Source: Methanobacteriota archaeon
Lineage (GTDB): Archaea > Thermoplasmatota > Poseidoniia > Poseidoniales > Poseidoniaceae
Assembly (NCBI GenBank): GCA_038130705.1
Contig: JAYPOA010000006.1
Span: 1 to 38,960 of the forward strand
DNA length: 38,960 nt
Direction: 5' to 3'
The position numbers and the translations under genes are program-made. The notes below the pieces were generated by a model, which searched no databases, was not told the origin of the DNA, and was given only the letters and a program-made list of their open reading frames with translations. The stretch's first letter is position 1. Each line of letters begins with the position of its first letter. Shown piece after piece: positions 18,646 through 29,151 of this stretch.

Positions 18646-19536
18646 ATGAGGATCGCTGTAATAGGCGGAGGAGCTATTGGAAGCCTTATTGCTGCGAAAC
18701 TCGTCGAAGATGGAAATGAAGTTTTGATTCATGCTAGAGGCCAGCATGGCGCCGAGATGGCTTTGAATGGCTTACATATTACTGGAATCTGGAATAGAAT
18801 AATTTCTCCTGATGAGTGGTTTGTGAGTTTGGATGAAATAGAGAAACCACCAGAATTGGAAAACTATTACGACCAAGCAATCATTACTGGAAAGTCAAAA
18901 GATACTTCCAATCTCTGTAAAATTGCTAATTTTTTCACTAAAGGGCCTGTTCTATCCCTTCAAAATGGAATAGGTAATTTAGAAATCCTTCATGATTACT
19001 TTTTCGAGAAATCTGCGGTTGGCGTTACTACAAACGCGGTTACTAAAATTGAGCCTGGTAGGATTATTTGGGTCTCAAAAGGAAAATTGGAAATCTCAGG
19101 AAATGCGGGTCAGGAATTCGTTTCATCACTCAATTGCCTTTCTCCTGATTTCTTCGTAAAGCCGGATGAAATCTTGTGGAACAAACTTTTAATCAATGTT
19201 GCAATAAATCCGATAGCAGCAATGTGTGGAGTAAGAAACGGTGAACTAGCCAAAGAACCGTTATTATCCCAATGTGAATCAATAATGTTAGAAGCAGCAA
19301 ATATTGCACGCCTGTCTGGTGTAATGGTGGCAAATGACATCCAATTAATCGAAAACTTGCATAAGGTTATTTCAGATACTTCGGAAAACATATGCTCAAT
19401 GTTATCTGATGTAAAATCCGGGAAAGACACTGAAATCGATTTCTTATGCGGCCAAGTAGTTCTACGTGGCGAAAAGTTAGGTGTTCCAACACCATTAAAT
19501 TCTATGCTCCTTAGTCAAATAAAATCTCTCAAATGA
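18646..19536 (+). CDS. panE: 2-dehydropantoate 2-reductase (ketopantoate reductase)
   Basis: IAVIGGGAIG, SLQNGIG, WNKLLINVAINP and SMLSD...TEIDFLCG. Confidence 0.93.
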   Translation: MRIAVIGGGAIGSLIAAKLVEDGNEVLIHARGQHGAEMALNGLHITGIWNRIISPDEWFVSLDEIEKPPELENYYDQAIITGKSKDTSNLCKIANFFTKGPVLSLQNGIGNLEILHDYFFEKSAVGVTTNAVTKIEPGRIIWVSKGKLEISGNAGQEFVSSLNCLSPDFFVKPDEILWNKLLINVAINPIAAMCGVRNGELAKEPLLSQCESIMLEAANIARLSGVMVANDIQLIENLHKVISDTSENICSMLSDVKSGKDTEIDFLCGQVVLRGEKLGVPTPLNSMLLSQIKSLK

Positions 19537-21109
19537 GGTCTATATTGTAGTGCAAGCCCTTGTTTTCTTTTCGCAACAGTGCGTCTTCAGTGATGTGGGT
19601 TGCAACAAGAACGAGGTTTCTTATCTCTACAAGTTCTCTTGTTGGAATGCTTGTTCTCCAAATCAAGTCAACTTCTTTTGTCAATAATCCAAGCATTCTT
19701 TTTGCTCTTTCTAATCTACTGAATGATCTCACTATTCCCACATCATGAGTCATGGTTTTTCTCAGGGTTTCCAAATCTCTTACCAGCGGAGCATGCTCAA
19801 TCAATTCTTGCATCCCATCCGCTCTCCACTTTGGGATATCTTCAGTTGAATCGATTACATTTTCTATAAAATGTAGGGCTGCTCTATTGGCAAATACTAC
19901 GGCTTCGATTAAGCTATTTGATGCAAGTCTATTTGCTCCATGCATTCCAGTACAAGCGACTTCCCCAATTCCGTATAATCCAGGAATGGATTCATCATTC
20001 TCCATCATTACTTGGCCTTGTATATTTACCTTCAATCCGCCAACCATGTAGTGAGCGGCTGGTGCTACTGGAAGTGGGTCGTCTCCCAATGATAACCCAA
20101 ATTTATTAAGTCGATTTTCAATTGTAGGGAAGTTGCTTAGTAGCATATCTTTCGATAGATGGTCAGTGACCAACCACACGTTTTTCGCACCGGTTATTTT
20201 CATTCTTTGGTCACAAGAACGTGCGACTACATCTCTTGTAGCCAAACTTCCAAGTTTTGAATATCTCAAAGTAAATGAATAATTTTCTGGGTTCCCACCT
20301 TTGTTTTTGTACTCTTCTAATCCTTCATCATCAAGTATGATTCCGCCCTCTCCCCTCAAGGCTTCAGTAATCAGGAACGGCTTTTCGTTACCGGCCATCA
20401 ATGCTGTAGGATGAAATTGGAAAAACGCCATGTCCTTGCTACATGCACCAGCACGAACCGCCATAGCGAGCCCATCTCCACTTGCAACTTTTGGATTAGT
20501 TGTCTTTTCCCATAGTTGTCCGCAACCACCAGTTGCTATCAAGACAGCATCTGCATAAAGTGATATCATATTTCCTGATTCCAAATCGAGACACCAAATG
20601 CCTTTGATTCCATCCTTTGGATTTCCATGTGTTCTTTGAATCAAGTCTACTCCGAGGCAATATTCCTTAATCTCAATATTTGATTTATTCAAAACTGAAT
20701 TTGTAAGGGCTCTTTCGATTTCAGCCCCAGTTGCATCTTTAGCATGTAAAATACGTCGTGCTGAATGGCCACCTTCTTTCACGAGATGATATTCTTCTCC
20801 TTCTTTTTGGAAATCCACCCCGTATGAAAGTAGGTCCCTGATTCTATCCCCTGCCTCCTCTACAACACATCTCACAACAGATTCATCACAAATTCCATCT
20901 CCCGATGAGAGTGTATCATTAATGTGTAATTCCATTCCTGGGCCATCGGTTTTGTCTAATATCCCAGCAATGCCGCCTTGGGCCCAATTCGTGGATGAAT
21001 CTACTGACCTTTCTTTGGTAATAATAGTCACATCATGGCCTGCTTCACTAAGCTTCAACGCAGCAAAAAGGCCGGCAATGCCACTTCCAATTATGACGAC
21101 TTTTGACAT
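19529..21109 (-). CDS. nadB: L-aspartate oxidase
   Basis: IIGSGIAGL, WAQGGIA, EGGHSARRILH, QFHPT, LITEALRGEG, HYMVGG and TGMHGANRLASNSL. Confidence 0.96.
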   Translation of the reverse strand: MSKVVIIGSGIAGLFAALKLSEAGHDVTIITKERSVDSSTNWAQGGIAGILDKTDGPGMELHINDTLSSGDGICDESVVRCVVEEAGDRIRDLLSYGVDFQKEGEEYHLVKEGGHSARRILHAKDATGAEIERALTNSVLNKSNIEIKEYCLGVDLIQRTHGNPKDGIKGIWCLDLESGNMISLYADAVLIATGGCGQLWEKTTNPKVASGDGLAMAVRAGACSKDMAFFQFHPTALMAGNEKPFLITEALRGEGGIILDDEGLEEYKNKGGNPENYSFTLRYSKLGSLATRDVVARSCDQRMKITGAKNVWLVTDHLSKDMLLSNFPTIENRLNKFGLSLGDDPLPVAPAAHYMVGGLKVNIQGQVMMENDESIPGLYGIGEVACTGMHGANRLASNSLIEAVVFANRAALHFIENVIDSTEDIPKWRADGMQELIEHAPLVRDLETLRKTMTHDVGIVRSFSRLERAKRMLGLLTKEVDLIWRTSIPTRELVEIRNLVLVATHITEDALLRKENKGLHYNIDLI

Positions 21110-21195
21110 TATGGTCAGCCTTGCGAGAAGCCATCTATTTTCAAAGGTGCCTACTCTATTATTCCGACATCAATAAGTGATTGTTACCTTTCAGT

Positions 21196-21996
21196 ATGGA
21201 TATGGGGCTATTGAAGAAATTCTCTGCCGTTGCAGGGTTGGCGATGATAATCGCTGCAATAGCAAACGTAGAATTTGGGGCTCTCATGCAGTTAGACCCT
21301 CCTCAAAAATTAATTTTAGCAAGAGCCGCTGACCCAGGTTGTAACTCTGAGGAAATCCAAAAAGACTTAGATGACGGTAACATAAACGAATGCGTTACTT
21401 CCATCGGAGTGTGGGATGGACCTGATTTGCTATTGTTAGCAGAGGGTGGAATTCTATTCCTGTCTACCTTTTTAAGATGGCCACGTAAAGGAAGGTGGGC
21501 GATGAGAATTAGACGTTTAGCAATCGTTTCAGGAATTGTTCTTTGCGGTCTTGCAGTCGCAGATAGATTTGATAAATTACCCGGAACCTCATCTGAAGAA
21601 ATAGCAATTTTACTCCCTTTCCCTGCTCCTGGAATAGCAGTTCAAATAGGAATTTTTGCGATTGGAATATTTTTGATTAGAGGCCCGAAGTATGGTGTTG
21701 ACTATGAAAATAATGCGAAGAAGCAATCGAAGAGAAATCAGAATGTCACTCATCACCAATTAGATGCCGCATACGCCGCCGGTGGTTCTCTCGGCGATCT
21801 CGAGAAAAAGCGCAGGAAAAAATCGTACAAGTACAATACAATTGGTGATTTGTGGAAGGACCAAGGTTTGTCCCAATACGAGGATAAGTTCGAGGCGGGT
21901 TCACGTGATGAATTCGCAGGAGAAAACAAGAGAACTTGTCATTTGTGTAACGGAGAAGGATGTGCAGGATGTAATCGAAAAGGATTCATCGCCTAA
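21196..21996 (+). CDS. Hypothetical membrane protein (about 4 TM) with C-terminal DnaJ-type Cys4 zinc finger
   Basis: Four hydrophobic segments and a C-terminal CHLCNGEGCAGCNRKG. The start is uncertain (ATG 21196 or 21202). Confidence 0.75.
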   Translation: MDMGLLKKFSAVAGLAMIIAAIANVEFGALMQLDPPQKLILARAADPGCNSEEIQKDLDDGNINECVTSIGVWDGPDLLLLAEGGILFLSTFLRWPRKGRWAMRIRRLAIVSGIVLCGLAVADRFDKLPGTSSEEIAILLPFPAPGIAVQIGIFAIGIFLIRGPKYGVDYENNAKKQSKRNQNVTHHQLDAAYAAGGSLGDLEKKRRKKSYKYNTIGDLWKDQGLSQYEDKFEAGSRDEFAGENKRTCHLCNGEGCAGCNRKGFIA

Positions 21997-22131
21997 TCGT
22001 TGTATTCGGCTTGAATTACACTATTCAATAAACGACATCTTTCTCTTGAGATATTCGTAACCTTCAAGACCCCTATCGTCCCCTGAGCGATTTGAGGTCA
22101 AGAGCGTAGTATCTTGATTTGAGGGATAGGG

Positions 22132-25100
22132 ATGTATCTAAAACAATTAGAAGTGGAAAACTTCAAGTCGTTCAAAGGCGAAGCTGTGATACCTTTCGAT
22201 AGAGGTTTCACAGCAATAACTGGGCCAAATGGTTCTGGGAAATCGAATTGTGGCGACGCAATCCAATTCGTCCTTGGTGCACGTTCTTCCAAGGTTTTGA
22301 GGGCTCAAAATTCAAAAGATTTGATCTTTAATGGAGGCAAATCCAACAGGCCGGCAAGAAATGCAAAAGTGACATTGGTTTTTGCGAATCCACTATTGTC
22401 TAATGGTAGAAGAAGACTTCAAATCGATTCAGATGAAGTTAGAATGACACGTGAGGTCCGCTTGACAAAATCAAACAATGTAAACTCGACATATTTGCTA
22501 AATGGAGAAGAAACCAACCAAAAGGCATTCCATAGATTACTCGGGCAAGCAAACGCGAGACCAGATGGCTACAATATCGTTCTACAGGGCGATGTGACCC
22601 GATTATCTTCAATGACTTCAGTAGAAAGAAGAAAGGTCTTGGACTCTGTAGCAGGTGTAACTTCTTATGATGACGAAATCAAAAAAGCTGATAAGCAGAG
22701 GCTACAAGTTGAAGATTTCATAGAAAGGATATCACTCGTGGAGGAAGAACAGAAAGCTAGGCTGAAAACTCTTGAATCAGAAAAGAAGGTTGCTGAGCAG
22801 GCAAAGTCAACAAAAGAGGCGTTCGATGAAGCAAATATCGTGCTCTATCAAACAAAATACCTGACTTCTAAAGGCGAAATAGAATTCCAAATAAATGAAA
22901 GGACGCGTTTACTGTCAGAAGCGACTTTGCTAGATGAATCAGTTACGAGTGCTGAGAAAGAATTGCTTGCTTTAGATGATAAAATCGGAGAATTACAAAC
23001 TCAAATAGACGCGGTCATGGGAGGGGAAAATTCAGGATTAACTGAAGAAATTAGGCAATTGCAATTGTCAATAGACCGAAATAGCGACAAAATCGAGACT
23101 GCTGAAAATGCAGATGTGTTTGCAAACGAACAACTCGAGGAGCTTGAGGAGAAGATAGGTGATGCAAAAAATGATCTAAATCAACATATAGAGTCATTAA
23201 AATCTGCAAAAGGTGATTTGGAAGAGAGTCTTGCTATTTTGAAGTCCCTAGAAGAAGAGGAAGAATCGATTAGGGAATCTTTGGAATCATCAGGTTCTGA
23301 AACGGCAAAATTGTCCAAAGCCGTTAGTGAAGCAAAAGCCTTCTTTGAAAAATGTCAAACTGCGCTCCATGACGCAAATCTTGAGGTTGAAAAAATCTCA
23401 AATGAAGCGGAAATCATCGCAAAGCAATTGTCAGAAGCTGAAGAGGAAGAAGCAGATGCTCAACTCAATCTTGATGACATAGAATTACAGATAGAGGATT
23501 ATGGTGGGTCAGCAGGAACTACCGACCGAACCAAACTCGCTGAAGACTTGATTGCAGCACAATCCGCAGAAAAGAAGCTACTTGAAGAAGCAAATGCGGT
23601 AGAAAGGAAATTCAAGCAAGCGAATAGGGACTTATCCGATGCAAGAATCGAATTGGAGAAAAAGTCTGGCAATAATGGAATGGCTCCTGGGGCTGCAGCG
23701 GTTATGGCTGCAAGAGATAGAGGGGATTTATCCGGCATATTGGGGACAATTGGGGAGTTATGTGCCCCAAGAGACCAATCTCATGAGGATGCACTTGTTA
23801 CAGCGGTAGGAAACGGCATGAATTCAGTTGTTGTTGAAAACGATCAAATCGCCGTAGAAGCAATGGCTTATCTAAGGAACAATAAACTCGGCCGTGCAAC
23901 ATTTTTGCCACTCAACAAAATCCAATCCAACAGAGCATCAGGTAAGGCCACAATGGTTTCAAGAAAACCAGGAGTTCTCGGGTTTGCCCATGAATTGTTA
24001 GATTACGATCCCAGAATATCAACAGCGGTTGCCTATGCTCTTAGAAACACCCTTGTTGTAGACAACATGAATACTGCAAGGTCGCTAATGGGCGGAGTTC
24101 GTCTCGTTACATTACGCGGAGAGGTTACAGAACCCGGTGGCGCAATGGTTGGTGGAGCCAAGCAGAAGATGAAGACCGGTTTTGGAGGAAAGATCCAGGG
24201 GGCAAACGAAGTTGAGAAATTGGTAGGCGAAGTTAACCGATTATCTCTGTTATCTGAAACAGTAAGTGCCGCTCTAAGGGAAGCTAGAACCCAACAAAGC
24301 GAAATAAGAGGCAAAATCAATGCTTTAGCCAACAACGACGAATCACAAAAATTAGGACTACTGAAAGGAGAATTGGAAGGTGCAAAGAAAGTTCTCGTCA
24401 AGGCTAAAGGGAAATCTAATCAATTGCGAAATAGGTTGGATGATTTAGATTCTCAGCACGCAATGAAACAGTCTGCTTATGAAGTTTGTAAAAAGCAGTT
24501 AATTGAAGCCGAGTCTGCGAAAGAACAAGCAGAATTAGAACTTACAAACTCATCACCGGAGTCGATCCAAAAGCAATTATTCGAAGCTCAATCAAAGAGA
24601 ATGGAGGCTGAAGGAATTGCAAACAAAGCATCTATTTTGATAGAAAGTGGTGACGATAAGACAAAAATGCTCAATTCTATGCTGGATTCAATTACAGCAA
24701 GAGCAGATGAAATACAAGGTGACATGGCAGGAAGAGAAGTGTTGATAAAAACCTGCAGAGAGTCTATAGAAATAGATACTAAGAAACTGGAAGAGAAGGA
24801 AGAAGAATTCTCGAGCCTACTCGCTGAACACAAAGGATTAGACGTTGAGAGAAATGAATTAATTGACGAAAGAGCAGAACTTCGTGCTAAAACCAATTCA
24901 AGTGTAAGCGAGGCTATCAATAAAAGAAGTCTCGCCGATGATGTTACACGCAGTATAGCGATTAAGGAACAAGCCCTCGTTGAAATATTGGCTGAAATGG
25001 CCGAGGAAGATATTCCGGTTGTCGATGATGACGCAGAACTTCCAAATATTTCAGATGCTGAAAGAGCAATGACCAAATTGAGGAAGAAATTAGATTCTTT

Positions 25101-26031
25101 TGGAGATTTCAATATGCTTGCAATCGAGCAATATGATGCTTGTAAAGAAAGATTGGATGAGATGAAGGATGACTTCAAAACACTGCAAGCCAGAAGAAAG
25201 AAATTAATCGACATTGCAGAGAAACTCGAATCTCAAAGAAAGGCAAGATTAGTAGCAACATTGAGAGAAGTTAATGAAAACTTCAAGGTTGTCTATAACA
25301 GACTTTCAAATGGCGGTAGAGGTGAATTATTCCTTGAAAATCCAGACGAACCATTCAAAGGCGGTCTTGATATGTGGGCTCAGCCACGTGGTAAATCGAA
25401 TAAGTCAAGATTGCAAGCGCTCTCAGGCGGAGAGAAATCAATGGCATCATTGTCACTCATTTTCGCCATACAGGACCACGATCCGAGTCCTTTCTACTAC
25501 TTTGACGAAGTAGACCAGAACCTGGATGTACCTAATTCAAAATTAATCGCTAAGGAATGCCGTAATAGAAGCGAGGCTGCACAGTTCATTATGGTGACTT
25601 TGAGAAAAGTATCTCTTGAGTTAGCCGACCACCATATAGGTATCACACACGGTGGAGATGGATGTTCAAGAAGAATTGTAGATTTCGATAGGGCACGTGC
25701 AATCGAATTAGGAGAGCAAGCAGAGAAAGAAGCATCTGAAGCAGCCGACAAGAACCACTCACGTATTGAAGAAGCAAGGGCTATGGAAGTCGATATGCCT
25801 GAGGTTCCCGAACCTCTACCTGCTCCTAAAAGTCTAGGGGGTCTGCTTAAGCATATCAAAGAGGAAGAAACCGAAATGGATGATGAATCCGAAAATGCGT
25901 TCGCATCTTTGGCAGAAAGGGCAGAAGAATTGTCTGAGGATATTCAAGAAAGACAGGACATAGTATCACAACTACTCGAAGATGATGTGGAAGTAGAATT
26001 AGAAGAAATCGAGGAAGATAAGGAGGTTTAG
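22132..26031 (+). CDS. smc: Chromosome segregation protein SMC
   Basis: NFKSF, Walker A GPNGSGKSN, Q-loop VLQGD, hinge GRATFLPL and GGAMVGG, signature LSGGEK, Walker B YYFDEVD, and long coiled coils. Confidence 0.97.
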   Translation: MYLKQLEVENFKSFKGEAVIPFDRGFTAITGPNGSGKSNCGDAIQFVLGARSSKVLRAQNSKDLIFNGGKSNRPARNAKVTLVFANPLLSNGRRRLQIDSDEVRMTREVRLTKSNNVNSTYLLNGEETNQKAFHRLLGQANARPDGYNIVLQGDVTRLSSMTSVERRKVLDSVAGVTSYDDEIKKADKQRLQVEDFIERISLVEEEQKARLKTLESEKKVAEQAKSTKEAFDEANIVLYQTKYLTSKGEIEFQINERTRLLSEATLLDESVTSAEKELLALDDKIGELQTQIDAVMGGENSGLTEEIRQLQLSIDRNSDKIETAENADVFANEQLEELEEKIGDAKNDLNQHIESLKSAKGDLEESLAILKSLEEEEESIRESLESSGSETAKLSKAVSEAKAFFEKCQTALHDANLEVEKISNEAEIIAKQLSEAEEEEADAQLNLDDIELQIEDYGGSAGTTDRTKLAEDLIAAQSAEKKLLEEANAVERKFKQANRDLSDARIELEKKSGNNGMAPGAAAVMAARDRGDLSGILGTIGELCAPRDQSHEDALVTAVGNGMNSVVVENDQIAVEAMAYLRNNKLGRATFLPLNKIQSNRASGKATMVSRKPGVLGFAHELLDYDPRISTAVAYALRNTLVVDNMNTARSLMGGVRLVTLRGEVTEPGGAMVGGAKQKMKTGFGGKIQGANEVEKLVGEVNRLSLLSETVSAALREARTQQSEIRGKINALANNDESQKLGLLKGELEGAKKVLVKAKGKSNQLRNRLDDLDSQHAMKQSAYEVCKKQLIEAESAKEQAELELTNSSPESIQKQLFEAQSKRMEAEGIANKASILIESGDDKTKMLNSMLDSITARADEIQGDMAGREVLIKTCRESIEIDTKKLEEKEEEFSSLLAEHKGLDVERNELIDERAELRAKTNSSVSEAINKRSLADDVTRSIAIKEQALVEILAEMAEEDIPVVDDDAELPNISDAERAMTKLRKKLDSFGDFNMLAIEQYDACKERLDEMKDDFKTLQARRKKLIDIAEKLESQRKARLVATLREVNENFKVVYNRLSNGGRGELFLENPDEPFKGGLDMWAQPRGKSNKSRLQALSGGEKSMASLSLIFAIQDHDPSPFYYFDEVDQNLDVPNSKLIAKECRNRSEAAQFIMVTLRKVSLELADHHIGITHGGDGCSRRIVDFDRARAIELGEQAEKEASEAADKNHSRIEEARAMEVDMPEVPEPLPAPKSLGGLLKHIKEEETEMDDESENAFASLAERAEELSEDIQERQDIVSQLLEDDVEVELEEIEEDKEV

Positions 26032-26033
26032 AT

Positions 26034-27179
26034 TTGCAACAATCCTTACTTGATAATTGGTTTCTGAGGCAGGACATACTCGACCAATTGGTTAGCAATG
26101 ATGAAGATATTTCTGAAGCAGAAAGATACGCTGACCGTGTTATGAGGATTGCACAGGAAGAAGAAGCAGAACATCAAGTCCTTTCTGATCCATTTGATAG
26201 GTCTGTAGCACTGGTATTGTCTCTTGTAAAAGAGGAAGATATGGATCCCTGGAATATTGACCTGTCTGCATTCCTTAAACTATTTACAGAAAGGGTGAGA
26301 AAAGAGGCTAAGAGCTTAGATTTACCAGCTTGCGGACGACTAATACGCCTATCATGGGAAGTTCTGAACCAGCAAGCATCGACTTTGTTGGATAAAGTAA
26401 CAGCGATAGAATATGAAGAGTATGATGAATTTTCAGATTTTGGCTGGGAAACAGAGTATGATGATCAAGAATTTATGTTCACAACTGCAGTTCTTGAGGG
26501 CGCGGCAGATGGCATTCTACCGTCTTTCTTTGGTGAGAGAGTGAGAAGGGATGAAGGTAGGCCATCTACATTGGGAGAATTGCTTTCAGCGCTAAAAGAC
26601 GCATGTGATGAAGCTGAGATATTCAAGGCTAAGGAAGAATATAGAAAATCTCATGCTGAGGAATTGAAGAATATGATTGATAATGTCGGTGCGAGGATGC
26701 ACAATGAAGACATGGAAGGCGACATTCGACGTTGTTGGAATGCAATGAGAGATGTAATGTCTTCGATGAAATCTAACACAGTTCCGATAAGTGAAGTAAC
26801 CTCAAAATTATCCAAAATTCTGCTAGAGGAATTCGGTGAAATACCTGAGGGGTATGAAGTTGAATCGAAAATAACATCATTTGTTGCGGGATTATTTTTG
26901 ACACACAGAGGATATGCTTGGATAAGTCAAGATGGACCAGAAGATCCAATCCTCATAGAAGACAGGTGGCCAAATGCAAAAACATTCGATGAGGTCACGG
27001 AATTTGCATCAAAGTTGTTTGATGACGAATCAGAGGCATTGAAATCAGAAGAAACAGAATCAATGAGGCACGCTGCAAGACTTGCAGAACGAGCAAGAAT
27101 CGCGGCTGAAGAAGAAGAAATTGCAAAGCTTAAAGAAGCATCGGAATCAGAGAATCCTGATGATTGGCTGGTCGAGTAA
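26034..27179 (+). CDS. scpA: Kleisin ScpA
   Basis: MDPWNIDL kleisin motif, TLGELLSALK, C-terminal FVAGLFL...WISQ winged helix, and position directly after smc. TTG start is tentative. Confidence 0.88.
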   Translation: MQQSLLDNWFLRQDILDQLVSNDEDISEAERYADRVMRIAQEEEAEHQVLSDPFDRSVALVLSLVKEEDMDPWNIDLSAFLKLFTERVRKEAKSLDLPACGRLIRLSWEVLNQQASTLLDKVTAIEYEEYDEFSDFGWETEYDDQEFMFTTAVLEGAADGILPSFFGERVRRDEGRPSTLGELLSALKDACDEAEIFKAKEEYRKSHAEELKNMIDNVGARMHNEDMEGDIRRCWNAMRDVMSSMKSNTVPISEVTSKLSKILLEEFGEIPEGYEVESKITSFVAGLFLTHRGYAWISQDGPEDPILIEDRWPNAKTFDEVTEFASKLFDDESEALKSEETESMRHAARLAERARIAAEEEEIAKLKEASESENPDDWLVE

Positions 27180-27191
27180 GGAGTTGATTAC

Positions 27192-27797
27192 ATGAGCGAA
27201 ATACCACTTGAAACACTCCTTGAAGCAACCATGTTCAGTGCGGGAAAATCTCTTAGTCCAACTGAATTTTCTGAGGTTTTAGGATATGAAGAAGAAGAGG
27301 TCTTGGAATCATTAAACAATTTGCAAGCAACTATCAAAAGAAGGAAAGGAGGAAGTTTACAGGTTGTCGAAATCGGCGGTAAATGGGCTATCGAGGTGAA
27401 GCCGAGTATTGCGGATCATCTTCCCAAGGAAACTAAGTCTGATTTACCACCAAAATTGTTGAAAGCAGCATCGCTGATTGCCTACCTCCAACCTATGCCA
27501 CAATCGAGGCTAGTGGAACTTTTAGGGCCAAAGGCATATGACCACATACGAGAATTAGCACAGTCAGGCCTAATTAATCGTAGACGTGATGGCAATACTA
27601 GGAGGTTGACCACAACACGTCGTTTTTCAGAATTGTTTGGTTGTCCGCATACAGACCGAAAGAAGGTAAGAGAATGGTTCAGAGAAATGGTGCATAACTC
27701 TGGGGTGTTGAAGGGAATGGAAGATACCCTTGCCTTGAGGGAAGTTGAAGAGGATGGTAGTATCCAAACAACTCTAAACGTTGATGATGAAGAATGA
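27192..27797 (+). CDS. scpB: SMC-Scp complex subunit ScpB (kite)
   Basis: LEATMFSAG, LIAYLQP, AYDHIREL and TTRRFSELFG; position after scpA. Confidence 0.92.
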   Translation: MSEIPLETLLEATMFSAGKSLSPTEFSEVLGYEEEEVLESLNNLQATIKRRKGGSLQVVEIGGKWAIEVKPSIADHLPKETKSDLPPKLLKAASLIAYLQPMPQSRLVELLGPKAYDHIRELAQSGLINRRRDGNTRRLTTTRRFSELFGCPHTDRKKVREWFREMVHNSGVLKGMEDTLALREVEEDGSIQTTLNVDDEE

Positions 27798-27800
27798 GAT

Positions 27801-29102
27801 TCATCCTTGATTTCTAATCATCTTTAATGTGTCCTCGACCAGTTGCTGAGTTACTTGTTTATTGGAAGAATTTACGATGTTTGCAACTCTCTCTATTTCA
27901 TCACCCTTTGCACCAGCGCTTACTGCCATATTCTTGGCATGTAATTTCATGTGACCCGCTTGGATGCCACTTGTTGCCAATGCACGCATTGCACCTAGAT
28001 TCTGGGCAAGACCTGCAGCTGCCATTATTCCTGCCAATTCTTTTGCAGATTCCACGCCTAAAATAGAGAGATTTGCTTTTGCTGCAGGATGGACCTTAGA
28101 TGCGCCTCCAACAATACCAACTGCCATTGGAGTCTCAATTTTCCCAATCAAATTCCAATGTTCATCTTTCTCCCATCTTGTCATAGAGGTGTATGTTCCA
28201 GTTTCCACTGATGCCCAGGCATGACATCCAGCTTCGATTGCTCTCCAATCCTGCCCACAAGCCATTGCAATAGCGCTTATTGCATTCATTACACCTTTAT
28301 TGTGCGTTGCCGCACGATATGGGTCTGCCATAGCAAAGTGATGCGCTTCGAGAATACCTTTTATCACCTTAATCCCTTTTTCTCTACTCCCGTCATCCGA
28401 CATTTCTTCAGGTGTAAATTTGGCCTCAACTTTAGCCAGTCTGTGAGATGCAAGATTCGACAGAATTCGTAAATGTACGCGGCCAGATGTAATTTCTTCC
28501 ACTTTTGAGGTTATTCGTTCAGCCATAGAATTGACTGCGTTAGCTCCCATTGCATCTTTTGTATCGACAAGCAAGTGAATAACCAACATTTTACCCAGCA
28601 AAGAATCAATGATCTTTACTTCTATGTCCTTACATCCCCCTCCCAGTCTAATCATGGTGGATTCAACAGAATTGCAGGCTGAAATTAATTCATATTTCGC
28701 AGTCTTTATTGATTCAGAAGCCTTTTCAGGGTCATCCAGGTCTAAAACCTGTATTTGTGCAATCATTATCGAATCATCGCTGTAGGTTCTAAATCCTCCA
28801 TTTTTGAGGCAACGCTTTGCCATATTGCTTGCGGCTGCAACTATGCTTGACTCCTCTACACAAAAGGGGATCAAGTAGGCTTTTTCATCGATTACAAAGT
28901 TAGTAGCAATGCCAACAGGTAGCGACATTGTACCAATTACGTTCTCAATCATGTGATCGGCCGCTTCTTCGGATAATTCTCCATGAGTGGCTAGCGCTTC
29001 AATTTCAGATGAAGACAAACCAGATAGCGATGCAACAATGTCTCTACGCTCTTCGACAGATAATTTGTAGAAGCCTGAAAGTCTACTATCATCTACCGGC
29101 AT
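27801..29102 (-). CDS. mvaA: Class II (bacterial-type) hydroxymethylglutaryl-CoA reductase
   Basis: SRLSGFYKL, IENVIG, EESSIVAA, DAMGAN, ATHNKG, GQDWRAIEA, GLAQN and GIQAGHMKLH. Confidence 0.93.
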   Translation of the reverse strand: MPVDDSRLSGFYKLSVEERRDIVASLSGLSSSEIEALATHGELSEEAADHMIENVIGTMSLPVGIATNFVIDEKAYLIPFCVEESSIVAAASNMAKRCLKNGGFRTYSDDSIMIAQIQVLDLDDPEKASESIKTAKYELISACNSVESTMIRLGGGCKDIEVKIIDSLLGKMLVIHLLVDTKDAMGANAVNSMAERITSKVEEITSGRVHLRILSNLASHRLAKVEAKFTPEEMSDDGSREKGIKVIKGILEAHHFAMADPYRAATHNKGVMNAISAIAMACGQDWRAIEAGCHAWASVETGTYTSMTRWEKDEHWNLIGKIETPMAVGIVGGASKVHPAAKANLSILGVESAKELAGIMAAAGLAQNLGAMRALATSGIQAGHMKLHAKNMAVSAGAKGDEIERVANIVNSSNKQVTQQLVEDTLKMIRNQG

Positions 29103-29151
29103 GGCCTATCCTCTATCAACATGCAGAAGTGTGTACTTGATGAACAAATCG

